A stretch of 64,000 bases of DNA, taken from NCBI GenBank assembly GCA_001687465.1, contig LVLI01000328.1:1-64000 (forward strand), given 5' to 3'. The notes under the pieces were generated by a model that made no database searches, was not told the origin of the DNA, and saw only the letters and a list, made by a program, of their open reading frames with translations. Of the stretch, positions 1-11,300 are shown piece after piece. Each line of letters begins with the position of its first letter. Within the stretch, counting starts at the first letter, position 1. This stretch comes from Halocafeteria seosinensis. Taxonomy: Eukaryota. Position numbers and translations under genes: made by a program.

Positions 1-262
1 GTCGTTGACTGGGTAAATTCGGTGACTTTGGATCATTCGGTTTAATCGCGAGAGAAAGAGAGATGCAGACGAGGGAAGAAGTGATATTCATCTGGTGTGA
101 TAGAGGCAGGTATATGCTACTCCAAGCCGGAGAATCACGTCGTTCGTGTCGCTGATGACTGAATGAGGAAGCTTCCACGCTGGGGATAAGCTTGCGGATC
201 TGCCTGGCATCTCTTATTGCTATGCGACACCAATGCTGGTGTAGAGTTCCTCGGAGAGGGGT

Positions 263-284
263 GAGAGAGAGAGAGAGAGAGAGA

Positions 285-318
<34 letters not shown>
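263..318. repeat. (GA)n microsatellite
   Basis: About 56 nt of GA dinucleotide with two AAA interruptions. Confidence 0.95.
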
Positions 319-325
<7 letters not shown>

Positions 326-516
326 CATTTCACTCTGCGCTGGTGGCGTCTAACACCCACGCCCACAGAGAGGGAGGAAGACAGGCTCAAGGGGTATTCG
401 GATCGCTATAGACTAATTCTCGGTTGGCAGGTATCTCAATGTTCGGTAGTGTCCACAAGAAATCGCCGATACGTTTACAGTTTTCGATCGCCACGGCCTC
501 AGCGGAGTCTTCCCTA

Positions 517-557
517 CCGTTAATAAGACACACCCTTAGGGTGTGTCTTATTAACGG
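517..557. repeat. Perfect 41-bp palindrome (20-bp arms, 1-nt spacer)
   Basis: CCGTTAATAAGACACACCCT-T-AGGGTGTGTCTTATTAACGG; the arms are exact reverse complements. Confidence 0.95.
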
Positions 558-868
558 AAGTTGAAAAAGTGAAAAATCGACGACTTCAAGTTAGGTCGAA
601 TTCTTTCACCCGAAAGTTAAACATAATCTTCAAATCCGGCTACTTGTTAATTTCAATTTTCATTTTTCGACTATGATGAAAATTAAAGCTTCCTGTTTCG
701 GCTAAATTGCAGAATACAAAAGTTTTCTCCGGTTAGTTTGAAACACAAGAAAAGATTTCTCGGCCATATATAAAAAAACCCCTAAAAAAACAAAAAACAA
801 AAACAAGATAAAACAACCACAGGTAGCGACCGAGTGCACGCGAACTCATTGCTAACAGCTCGCAGACG

Positions 869-1715
869 ATGGCAGACAATGAATCTGAAGAAAATCCAGG
901 AATGCCGGAAGACTCTCCCGGCCCAGACACGACCCTCGAGCAAATACAGTCCAAGGTGAACCAGATCACGCAAGCCGTGGAAAAGAATAAAGGAGACGCG
1001 CAGCCTGGCGCAGGATACAACGGCCAATACCAAGGATTATGCGAGCAAGATACAGAACATACAGATTGCACTGGAAAGGCTTTGATAACAATCGCTACCA
1101 ATAAGACGCACGGAATGATGTTTATGATTTGCCAAAAAATCAGTTGACGTCTTTACCTTGGCCGAACATATGTCATTGTTTGCCACCATTGCACGTGCGC
1201 TCACCTGCACGAAAGACACAGAATTTGACCATTGTTTCCCAAGCAAGCACGCTGGGCCAGGCCGTACCATGGCTCGATATATGTAAGCAGTATGTAACTA
1301 TCGCTGGTTTTGCAAACCTGATGACGGGGATCTGTCAGAAATTAAAGAGGTTACCGATTCCTTCGTCCTCGCCGAGCACTATACCTCGGAAACAGGTGCC
1401 TCACAAGGATGGAATTTGCACATTTTCAAGCAGTCACAGCTCGAAGGCTTCGACGTTGAATCCTATTGGCCGCTGTTACCCCCACAACAGCCCTTACGGA
1501 GTCACCTCACAGAGCGAGGTTTGCACATAATCCTCCAAACAGTAACTCAGCCACAAGGGCCTTCAACAAATAGCTTTCCCAACACAGCATTAATTTGTAT
1601 GGGGATTTTGCGCTCCAAGTTGTGGAACCAGCCATTTTATTTCTCCAGCCGAGAAATAGCATACCAGAGGAGAAAACTCGTCCTGGAGCTCGTGGACTGG
1701 TACCGTCGTAACTAG
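869..1715 (+). pseudogene. Disrupted gene with possible HNH-endonuclease-like motifs
   Basis: Protein-like text is spread over three frames: acidic N-terminus MADNESEENPG..., then KGFDNNRYQ*DARND, then TEFDHCFPSKHAG, then TIAGFANLMTG. This order resembles RWRxDAxGN...EYDHIxPxSKGG...LxxxxNxxK of eukaryotic HNH proteins. An internal stop and frameshifts are present. Confidence 0.35.
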
Positions 1716-2739
1716 GTAGCAATCTTCAGCTCGAAGGTATGGTGGTGCCGTAGCATAACAAGGTGCAGCCTCTGATCCTGTACTGAACTATCGACGCTAT
1801 TTCATTTCACTCCATTCTTGGGCACATACACTGATCCATTGGTGTTTCCATCGTTTATTAGAGTGAACGAGGTTGTACATGTTTTCCGTGTCTCGTCACT
1901 AGCCAGAATACCGGCTCTCTATTTCCATCCCTTCTACTTCTAAGGAAGTTTAGTCCTGCCGCCCGCCACTCGAAGTCGTCAAAATTACAGACAGAATAAA
2001 CTCTATTTATTATTCGAAAAACTAAAAATGATTCTCAGAAATCCTCACTCGAACAATTTCAGGTTCCATCTACTCCCATAGCGGCACATGGAAGTCACTT
2101 TCGCAAATATGATGGAGAAATTTCATGAAGCCACAGCATACATCAGCGGAGTGCTCTCGAGTGTACTTTGCGCCCCCGCCCTCCTTTACTGTCGACGCTA
2201 CCCTCCTCTTCATTTCGTGTCAGTCACCTTCCATGCACGACGTTGACCTCTCCTCAACAAATCACGTTGAGAGCCGCGACATCCTTAGACGCTTAATTGT
2301 CACATTGACAGCAGAGCAACCTCTAAATGCAACTTACTGACGGCTTTTACAGCCATTTGGGAAGCTTACGGTAGATCATCACTTGCAAGCAATCCTGGGC
2401 TTTTCACTCCTCCTATGGAATTTCCCAATGGTCTGTTGCTATGTCAAATCAAGTGGACTTACTTTTAACATCTCGAATAGCTTGAGTGTATGAGAATTGG
2501 AGTCCAATCTACCCCCTATGCTAGGCAGCGTGTGGGGTGAACCCTACCCGAAATCACTGCAGCGACCCGTAATAAGACTGGAAATCATGCTATGTGGTTC
2601 AGCCGCGTAGTTAAAGCCAGGTCCTCATTGGATCTGGCCCTTCTCTGTTCTCGTACCTGAAAAATAAACACGAACCCGGAACCGCTCCAGCATCTCAAGT
2701 TGTGGCGCATCAACGTGATACACACTTTGGCTACCATCA

Positions 2740-3850
2740 GCTTCCGAAAGCCCCGTGTCTCCCCGATGCTTTTCTGAAAATTCTCTTTAGGAACTTGGTG
2801 GCGTCTTCGCTGAAGCCACCTGCAGCCTCTATCACGTGTGACGACCCCTCAGATTTCCGTATTTTGTCCGTTTCTTTTACTCAGACTCTACCGCGATGGT
2901 GAGGGGTTACCCTGCTGTCGCTGATAATCTGTGTATTGTGAGCGGATCACGATGACGTAAACTGTGCGCGTTACGCTTTTCCTACCAGGTACATGACCGG
3001 CCTCACTTCTCCTTCGTTCTGCGCATCTACAAGCACCTCTCTCCACGGCCAAATGCCCACGCGAAAGTAACTCTCAAGTTCCATACTATCCTGCCATGAG
3101 GGTGGATCGTTTGTGTGGTGTTCCCTTTTTTGCCGCATCCCACTGCGTGCTGCAGCCGGTCGTCAATGGGTCCGTCTCCACAGAATTCACCGACTGGCTC
3201 CGTACACAGGTTAGTTTGAGGGAGCCTAAGGCGTAGACGCAGTGCTACCATGTCTCTGCGTCAGTAAGTGTAAACCCTTTCCTTGGTATGTGTATAGTCA
3301 GGCGGCTAATCTGTCCGTTTGGGGACTGTAAGTAGCGCTTTCTGCTGTGGGTTTAGCGTCCCTTTCAGGGTCCGTGTAGCTACTCTCTGCAACATCTTGC
3401 TTGAGCTTCGGTTTCTCCCAGCACCCTTCGTAGTATGCATTCGGGAGTCCGATCGTTTCCTGTACCGCGTTCCGACTCGAAACTCTCCACCAGACTTGGT
3501 AAGGGATTCTTGCGTTGTTGAGCGAGCGGGCCCTGCTCATTTCCTGCCACTTGCTGGATCGTTTTTGACGCGTCGAGATCTGCGCGGAGAGCTCCCTTTG
3601 CCAGTTCATCGTGGCATGAATTTCTATTCCAGCATCCCATGCTTAATCCAGTTTCCAGTGTGGTTCTTTCCGGTAGATGGTTCTCATGAAATTGCTCATT
3701 GTCGGATCCAGAATTATGATATCTATACCGGCCAATCGTCGTACTATGTTTTGTGTAAGGATAATAGGGCTCCATTCGTCTTCGCTTATGTCTTGGTTGT
3801 CTGCGACCATGACATATATCCTTGTTGGCCTTCAGCTCGTTGCTTCAGAT
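2740..3850 (-). mobile_element. Degenerate non-LTR retrotransposon, 3' part (CRE/R2-type, restriction-like endonuclease)
   Basis: Minus-strand motifs occur in the expected order: VALRLRLRLP..C...FCGDGPIDDRLQHAVGC (CCHC knuckle), EVRP (RPD remnant), E*KKRTKY (ExxKxxKY), VIEAAGGFSEDATKFLKRI. Many stops and frameshifts; boundaries are approximate. Confidence 0.7.
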
Positions 3851-3905
3851 GACACAACCGACCAAAAACAGCGAGCCATGAGATCGTAACAGGAGACCTC
3901 CCTCA

Positions 3906-4150
3906 GACTGAGATCTGACATGAACGAAACTCTCGAAGTTTCGACGCACCGGTGAGGCAAGCACTATTATCCTCCTACAAGATTGCATTGTCTGTATCCG
4001 CTTTCTTCCAATGCTTGCGCCCCATTTCGTCGGACTCGGACTGAGCTCTGAAATGAACACAAATCTCGAAGTTTCGACGCACCGGTAAGGCAAGCACTAT
4101 TACCCTCCTACTGAATTGCACTTTCTGTATCCGCTTTCTTCCAATGCTTG
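3906..4150. repeat. Imperfect direct repeat, period 133 bp (two copies of 112 bp)
   Basis: 3906-4017 and 4039-4150 share blocks such as TCTCGAAGTTTCGACGCACCGGT and TCTGTATCCGCTTTCTTCCAATGCTTG. Confidence 0.9.
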
Positions 4151-4725
4151 AGTTTCATGGCGCCCAGTGCAATAAACGGCTAAGGAACTTCTGTACGCAA
4201 CGAAGTATTCTGCATTCTGCTTCTATGTAACAATGGTGTCTACCTAGTTTCCATTTATATACCGTTTTATATTCCACATATCGGCCAGCAATACATACTA
4301 CAGAGCCCAATATATGACGTACAAGTGCGTAGTTGATGGGCCGTGCCGTGTCCCACCCTCTCGACCGGGCCATCCGGCCCTGGCCAGGGCGTCTCCCTGC
4401 CACGCTTATGGCAGAGAGGGTCAGGCTGTCCCCTTTGTCTCCCCCGCGCCCATGACGGACGATCTGTCCTCCCGTACACGCTTCGGCACTTTATCGAGTT
4501 TTTCCGAGGTTTCTGGGGCGTATACAAGGTTTCTATCCGTGTTGTACGTCTGGCAGACATGAGATTGAGTGCCTAACTATTGTATCTTTCAACTGGAAGT
4601 GGTAAGGGTCCGCTGGAACGCACATAAACTAGCGTTTGGAGGCTCTTTTGGCGCTTTCCCCGCAACGGATAACCTGTAACTTTGACTATTCACAAGCGAA
4701 TTTCGTTGATTTCACTGCCCCGACA

Positions 4726-7684
4726 ATGTCTGAGCGGTATATCGTGAACGGAGGAGGCGCTCGCGCTCCGGCTCCGCCTACGACGCCGTCTCAAAGCAAC
4801 CTCAGAGAAGCTGAGAAGGGAAATCGACACGACGGAGACATCTGGAACAGCGGCATGGGACAGTATCCATTGTCTTCTGAGGAGATTGAGCGCCTCAAGC
4901 GCCAAGAACAGGCACTGCGCCAGGAGCATGATGAGGTGTGTACTTGTCCGATTGTTTCTTGGTGGGGTACGACTTGTTACTGACCATGGAAATAACGTTA
5001 TGCAGGCTGTGTACATGGAAAACAAGATCCGCGGTATCGAGAGACCTCAATCAAATCGAGCTCAGGAGCCATCCCATCAACAGGCAAAGGCCGATTTGAG
5101 TGGGTTCTCTCAGGAAGAGATAGAGGAAGCTCTCCAATCCGCTCTGAAAGACCTGTATAGCTCGCCCAACGAAGAAGAGCAGCCGGAGAAAGGCCCGCAA
5201 TATGGTCGAGCGACAAGACAGTCAGCAAGGAGGCGATCGAAAAGTCCTACTCGTTCGCGTTCATCTGCTGCTGATGAAGGAGACGGAACTGTCATTCGTT
5301 CCCCTATGTATCGACCTGCTTCGCCCTCCCGTCGAAAACGTCAAGACGGAGTTATAATGACGTCGTGGTCCCAAGCACCGCGGTTTAAGGATGAGAAAAC
5401 GTGGATACCAGGTAGGAGACGCATACATGCTTACTTTATATTTTTTTTGACTTCCATTTGGTTTTTATTTCTTGGGCTTACGTGCTACAGGTCCCGGGAA
5501 GTATAATCCATCCAATTCCACTTTCGAACCAACGCAGGTGCCTGCGAATGAGGATTTCAATGGCTTGTTTGGACACACGTGGGGCGAGTATCAAAAACGG
5601 CAGCACCATTCACCAAAGAAACTTGAAGAAGGAGACCAAAGTGTGAAAGCCATTGAAGATGCTCCTTCGAAAGGAGAAGAACTTAATGCTCCTTCCAAAG
5701 GAGAACTAAATGAAAGAGAACGCGAGTATCGCCGAGAAAATGTTGCACTGAGACGCAAACTATCGGAGTATCGATTAGAAGCTAATCAACGCGAAAACCA
5801 ACTTAGATCTGACGTGGAGCACCTTCGAAGGGATAACGAGAGAAAGAGTAGTCAGTTAGAGGTATTGCAATCAAGAGTTCAAGCCTGTAAGAGTGGTGTG
5901 CAAAAGGTGCAAGGGGCGGTACAGTCCCTCAATACTGTTTTAGATGCAAAAGCCAACGAAATTAATCGTAGGATCCTAGGGGAAATCCGTAGCCGAGTGA
6001 ATTTAGTTTCAGAGAGAGCCACTGATGTAGTCGAATCTGTCATACCAAACCAGCACACTGAAACGGAAGGGTTTACCGGATATAATCCGATGGAGGCACC
6101 GCGGTCGTTCGGAAGAGATCAGTCTAACAGTCAAGCATTTGGTACTGCAAGTTATGGCCTCAGTCAGGGTCAAGAGGAAGAAATTCCTGCGCGACGTGGC
6201 GCAAGCCAAGATGTACAAGGCTCAGCAGTTGCCAGCTTCGCCAAAAAGGCCAAGCGGGCATCCATGGCCGTTCAGGCCAGAGAAAGAGCTTCTAAGAACT
6301 TGGAGAGTCGAGCTGCTGACCTTCGTGCACGCTTCGGAGGTGGAGCTGAACGCGTTGAATGGACCGAACGGGAATCAGCCAAACCTCACAATTTCAGTAA
6401 TTATCATTTCGTGGCTCCGTCCGAGGCCACAACCAAATCTCACCCGACCACTACGACGACATCCCGAAGGCGAACGTCGACTTCTCCAAAGAGATCGACT
6501 CCGCAAAACGACAATTTCACTGTAGATGAAAAATTACGGAAAATTTATGAATACTACTCGTATTCACCAGATGATCGACTCATGGACACGCAGGGATTGC
6601 GAAGTTCCCAATTCTTTAAGATACTTCGAGATGGGGGCGTTTTAGACAACAAAGTAACTTATGCTGACGCAGACGTCATATTTACTCGCATTTCTTCGCG
6701 AACACGAGGAGGTTTAATCTCCTATGAACAATTTGTGGACGCATTGACTGAGATTGCAATGCGCAAGTACCGAGACGATGTCGACTCCCCTGATCAAGGC
6801 CGTCCACACAATCTACGCCGTTTACTTAAGCGACATATAATGCCCTTGTTTGACTCAATTTCCCGTTTCCCCGGGGACGAAGGATTACTCGATCGAGAAG
6901 GTTTCACCAATGAATTTTTGCAGGAATCAACCGTAAGTCCATTGCGGTGATTAATTTCAATCACAGATTTTCACATTGCATTTCGTTTTTCCCGTATGCA
7001 GTTGGATTGGTTCAATGAGCACGGACAGGCTCTTCAATTCTTATTCAGCAAGTATGCAATGCACGCTGGACCACATGGGCAACGAGATCAAGCCTTGGCC
7101 CGCAAAGATTGGTCGGCGGTACAAGAGGCTCTGTCGCACATGAGCGAAAAACAATGTCTTCAGTTTGCTCAAGACTACTGCATTGTACCCACCCTTTTAC
7201 GGCGTCCGCAAGCTGTGAGTCTCTATCGAGAAGCCGCGAGAATGTAAGTACTTCCCGCCGTGTATTTCTTCCTCCTTGTCCTTTAAGAATGCTCACGCGC
7301 GGCTCTTCTTTCTGCCTCAGGTCGGAGAATGAAGATGTTCAAAAGAATGGACTGTCTTTCCCCTTTTTCGTCGAGTTCTTAGCCATGGTAGCCTATTATG
7401 TTTTTTCGGATGATTCCGAAGGCTCAGCCCGTAGCCATCTGTTACCGACCCAGGAGGGCATTGGCAAAGACATGACCGCCAAGCTGGAGATGCTCTTCTG
7501 GACGATGCACGAGCACGGTGCTTCTTTCCGGGAACCGGAAGAGAACAAGTTGCTGAAAAAAGTCCAGCGCAGTATCAAAGATCGTCTCGCCAACTTGCAA
7601 CGTTCTGCTGAGGCCGATACCCAGAACGAGGACCAGTACCAGTACAGTCGAGTCCACCACATTCTCATGGAGAAGTCTCTGTAA
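4726..7684 (+). CDS. Multi-exon protein with PGP (SHIPPO/STPG-like) motif, coiled coil and p25-alpha (TPPP-like)/EF-hand-like domains; probably microtubule- or flagellum-associated
   Basis: Four short GT-AG introns join ORFs 4636/4886/5472/6996/7109. Splicing gives SWSQAPRF..WIPGPGKYNP (PGP motif). GLRSSQFFKILRDGGVLDNKVTYADADVIFTRI...ISYEQFVDALTEIAMRKY is p25-alpha-like. Confidence 0.75.
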
Positions 7685-7803
7685 CTAGCTACTTGTAGCG
7701 AAACAATGCACATACCCATATAAACGGTGGGTTTGCTTTGTTGCCACCAACCATGTCTGCGTATCTTCCTCCTGGCAAAGAAAAAAAAATTAAAAAAAAA
7801 TCG

Positions 7804-8236
7804 CTATCCTCTCCGTCTCAATTCATTGCCTTCTTGCTCTTCCTGCTCTCGTTCCCGTGGGGAGGGCGAGAGTGCATCCTCGTCGTCCTCATCGTCATCC
7901 TGACGATGATGCGCCACCTCCTCTTCATCGTGTTGAAATTCCAGACCGATCTCCACGGTGGGGTCCTTGGAGCTGTCCCAGATCTCCTGGTACCTACGCA
8001 CATGGAACCTTCGTAAACAAACGTACACGATGCTGCCCAAGACCGCCGCTGCACAGACATAATTACACCATGTCAGACACCCCAACACAATGGAGAGACC
8101 AGCGGGACGTACTGAGGAGACTGAACCCTAGCGTGAGAAACATCAAATGGGCGACGAAATCGCAGCTCCCCTTGGCATGGCATTGGTTTTGGGACCGACA
8201 AGAACAGTGTTCTGTCGTCAAGGTGGGATCCGCCAT
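7804..8236 (-). CDS. Small (122 aa) single-pass membrane protein with Cys-rich N-terminus and acidic C-terminus; function unknown
   Basis: ATG at 8236; a phase-1 intron at 8049-8112 (GTACGT...TGCAG) gives MADPTLTTEHCSCRSQNQCHAKGSCDFVAHLMFLTLGFSLLTAVLGSIVYVCLRRF... Confidence 0.65.
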
Positions 8237-8333
8237 AATTTCTTCATACGCCTACGAGGGGGCTACATGTACATGATAGATAGAGAGATAATATGGGGGG
8301 ATCAATCGGGGAGAAAGAAAGAGTTGTATTGGG

Positions 8334-11300
8334 TTAAATTTCGGTTATGTCGACTTCTTCGTCGTCTTCTTCAATCCCGTTACTTTCGTCCACACTTCGG
8401 ATCCCTCCGCTGGTCGTCGTACTACTACTACCGCCACCACCACCCCTACCACCAGTGGCTGAGGTGTCGTTCAATGGGAGGACCAGCTGTGAGGGTCTGC
8501 GCTTAGCCAATTGACTAGGTTTCCCGTGAGACTCGTTGTAGGAGTCGACAATACGCAAACAGTAATGCAACGTCCGCGTATCCAAAATGGCGAAATCCCA
8601 TAAAGTTAGCATATGCAACAGGAACTGAAATCGCAAATTCTGTCTCGAAATCTCAGATGTGAATCGCCGGGCAAATAGCAAACATACACGAGGAACGACA
8701 CGGTCCGCATAGACCCCTAATTCAAACACATGCGAATTCCATAGTTTCATAAACTTTTTCTCGGCAGAAGAAGCATCCTCAAAGCTATCAATAACAGCAG
8801 AAGAACGCTCGAGAACCCATGCATCTTTGACATCGTCATCACTATCAATATCCTCTTCATGGGGCTGAATAGGTTGGCCCGTTTGAGAGTGGAAGTACTG
8901 TCGCGGGTATCGGCTCAGTTCGGAAACAGTCTCTCTTGATTCCTGTATGGACTTGTCCAGCAACTCTGGAGGCATATCGCATTCAATCATAGCTCGCGCT
9001 TTCGCTTTGCGTTCTAATTTGAAAGCAGGAATTTGCGGTCGATGATTATGGTACACCCAATGGCCTCGTACCACTGGCTCTCGGATAGTTCGCAGCTGCC
9101 AATTGCGCCAATTCAGCAATTCGAAATTGAGGAACAGGTGGCCCTTATACGCTTTCCGCGATTCTTCTCCAAACCACAGAAAATCTACAAACTTTTTGTC
9201 AACTGCCGTATCAAGATCGTTCTTAAGTTGATTACCATCTTCCTGAGGGACAATGTGCACATGCCAAAATCGCTTGCTCCTGTGCAATGGACGGACAGAA
9301 TTCGCTGAAGGGCTCTTCGCCAGCAAAATCTTCACTGCTCCTTTTGTTATATTGCTTGTCTGACTATTCCTTGGCAAAGCCGTGTCTTCATGTATCCCGA
9401 TACGGCATCTGTAATGGTTCGTTTCCAAATGCAAGAATAGCTCCTCTTTGCCGAGAAAGTCTTTCTGGCATAGAGCACACGAATTCGTGTTAATGCGCTG
9501 AAGAACATGGCACCATTCACGCGGGTCACGACGTAATGACCAGAAATGCCACACAAAAATATGGTTAAGCGATTCACCATCTTCCTGGAGCTTGCTCGCC
9601 CCAGTACCGCAGCGCATCACCGCTGAATTTTCCGAATACGACATAAATTTTCTACCGACGCGCAGCAAACTCTTGTATGGTTGCGACACTCTTTGAGCGA
9701 TACCGGCAAGAAGATTACGGACACTGAGTGTCTGAACAGAGTAACACGAAGACGTCCCAGGAGCCTGACTCATACTTGAATCCGCGCCTCGGTTGTTCGA
9801 CTTCCATTCGAAATCGTTCAGGGGAATAAAGCATCTGTTCCTCCCCTTATGACAGTTCACTGTAGACGAGTATATCCTCTTACAATCCACATGGAATTTC
9901 GGATATCCTAGAGTATTTAGCATGTTTGGTGTGATAGTCCAGAGAAGACTGGAGCTGCCCTTTTTCCCTTGTTCATTAAGCAGAGCATCGCTCCACAAGC
10001 GCTGATACAGTGTGCACGTAAGATTCTGAGAAACAAGATCTTCAACCTTGTCAGAAGACAGCGGAATAAGCCTGAGCAATTGTATCGCTTCACTCTTCTC
10101 CGGAACTTGACCCATGACAGCGTTCGAGGCGAGGCATTTTAGGCGAGTCGGATCTTTAACTCGGGCAGCAGCTCGCCATGAAGTACCCACTCCTAGCTTT
10201 TGGAGATCGAGTATCCTTTCGTGGAGGAACTTTGGATCAAGAGACGAAGAATGGATGTTTGAAGCTGCATGAGCTAGCTGACCGAGCAATGCCACTCTTG
10301 CAGCACATTCTGAGTTTCGCATGTGACCGTTGAGATGACGGAGCATAGTAATTGAGGGAATCATAGCTGTGGAAGCGACAACTGCTTCTGGGGGAATAGG
10401 CACATCTACCCTTCGATTTGTTTCTCCGTTTTCGGCAGCACTGGGATATGTTGAGCTGGACTTGCGCGGAATCAAGGAGACTCTGACGGTAATTTCATTG
10501 TCAGTGAGTACAGATTCATCCAACGGGCAGTCGAAAAACTTTGCAATATGTAGTCGCTTAACGCCGCGTATAGGAGCTGACAGTTGTTCGTAAGTAAAGT
10601 TTCGAGAGCCGCATAACTCATCAGGGCTATTTACGAAGATAACATTGTATCGTTCCCCATCCAACGCTCGGGTCAAACTCTTGAGTATTTTCGACTCGTG
10701 TGGCAACGCAAGCAAAGTCCCCCTGACGCAACTGTCTTCATCTACTAGGTTATTAACCGCATCCTTTAGAGATAGCTTTGGAGCAACAACACTGTCATAA
10801 TTGATCCGAAAACACTCACGGGGGCATGGAACACCGCCCGGAAGCGTTTGCTCAACGGGGGATGGATGTTCCACTCGAAACGCTATGTCGTGCATAGCAC
10901 TCGCCTCACGATGCATTTTATCGCTCGTTTCGTAGCTCAAAATTTCATGACGCGGGATTTTTCGAGCTACTTTATTATCACTGTTTTCAGTATCATCAGA
11001 GCTACTATACTCACGGAAAGCATCAGATGCCAACCAAGGTTTGCTTGGGACGAATGCAGCTGCATGTTGGTGAATTATGTACATCTGCTCCGACTCATTC
11101 TGCGTGTTTGTATCGTTCGCTTCAGATTCGTTGGTTTCTTCAGAGGAAAAGTTAACTCCTTTTACAAGGGAAGAGCGTTTCGTCAGGAAGGACACCACTG
11201 CATAGCACCAAGGTGTATGTGGCACTTGGATCTCGTCATCTTCCTTATCTTCGCTTCCTTGCTCTTTCTCCTGCTCCTCCTCACGAGAACGTTTGCGATT

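Noticed and set aside
3319..3852. 177-aa plus-strand ORF
   Set aside because: It is antisense to the retrotransposon relic, has a non-ATG start and shows no motifs.
3906..4150. Possible CRISPR array or LTR pair
   Set aside because: There are only two adjacent 112-bp copies, with no repeat-spacer series, no cas genes and no internal retroelement region.
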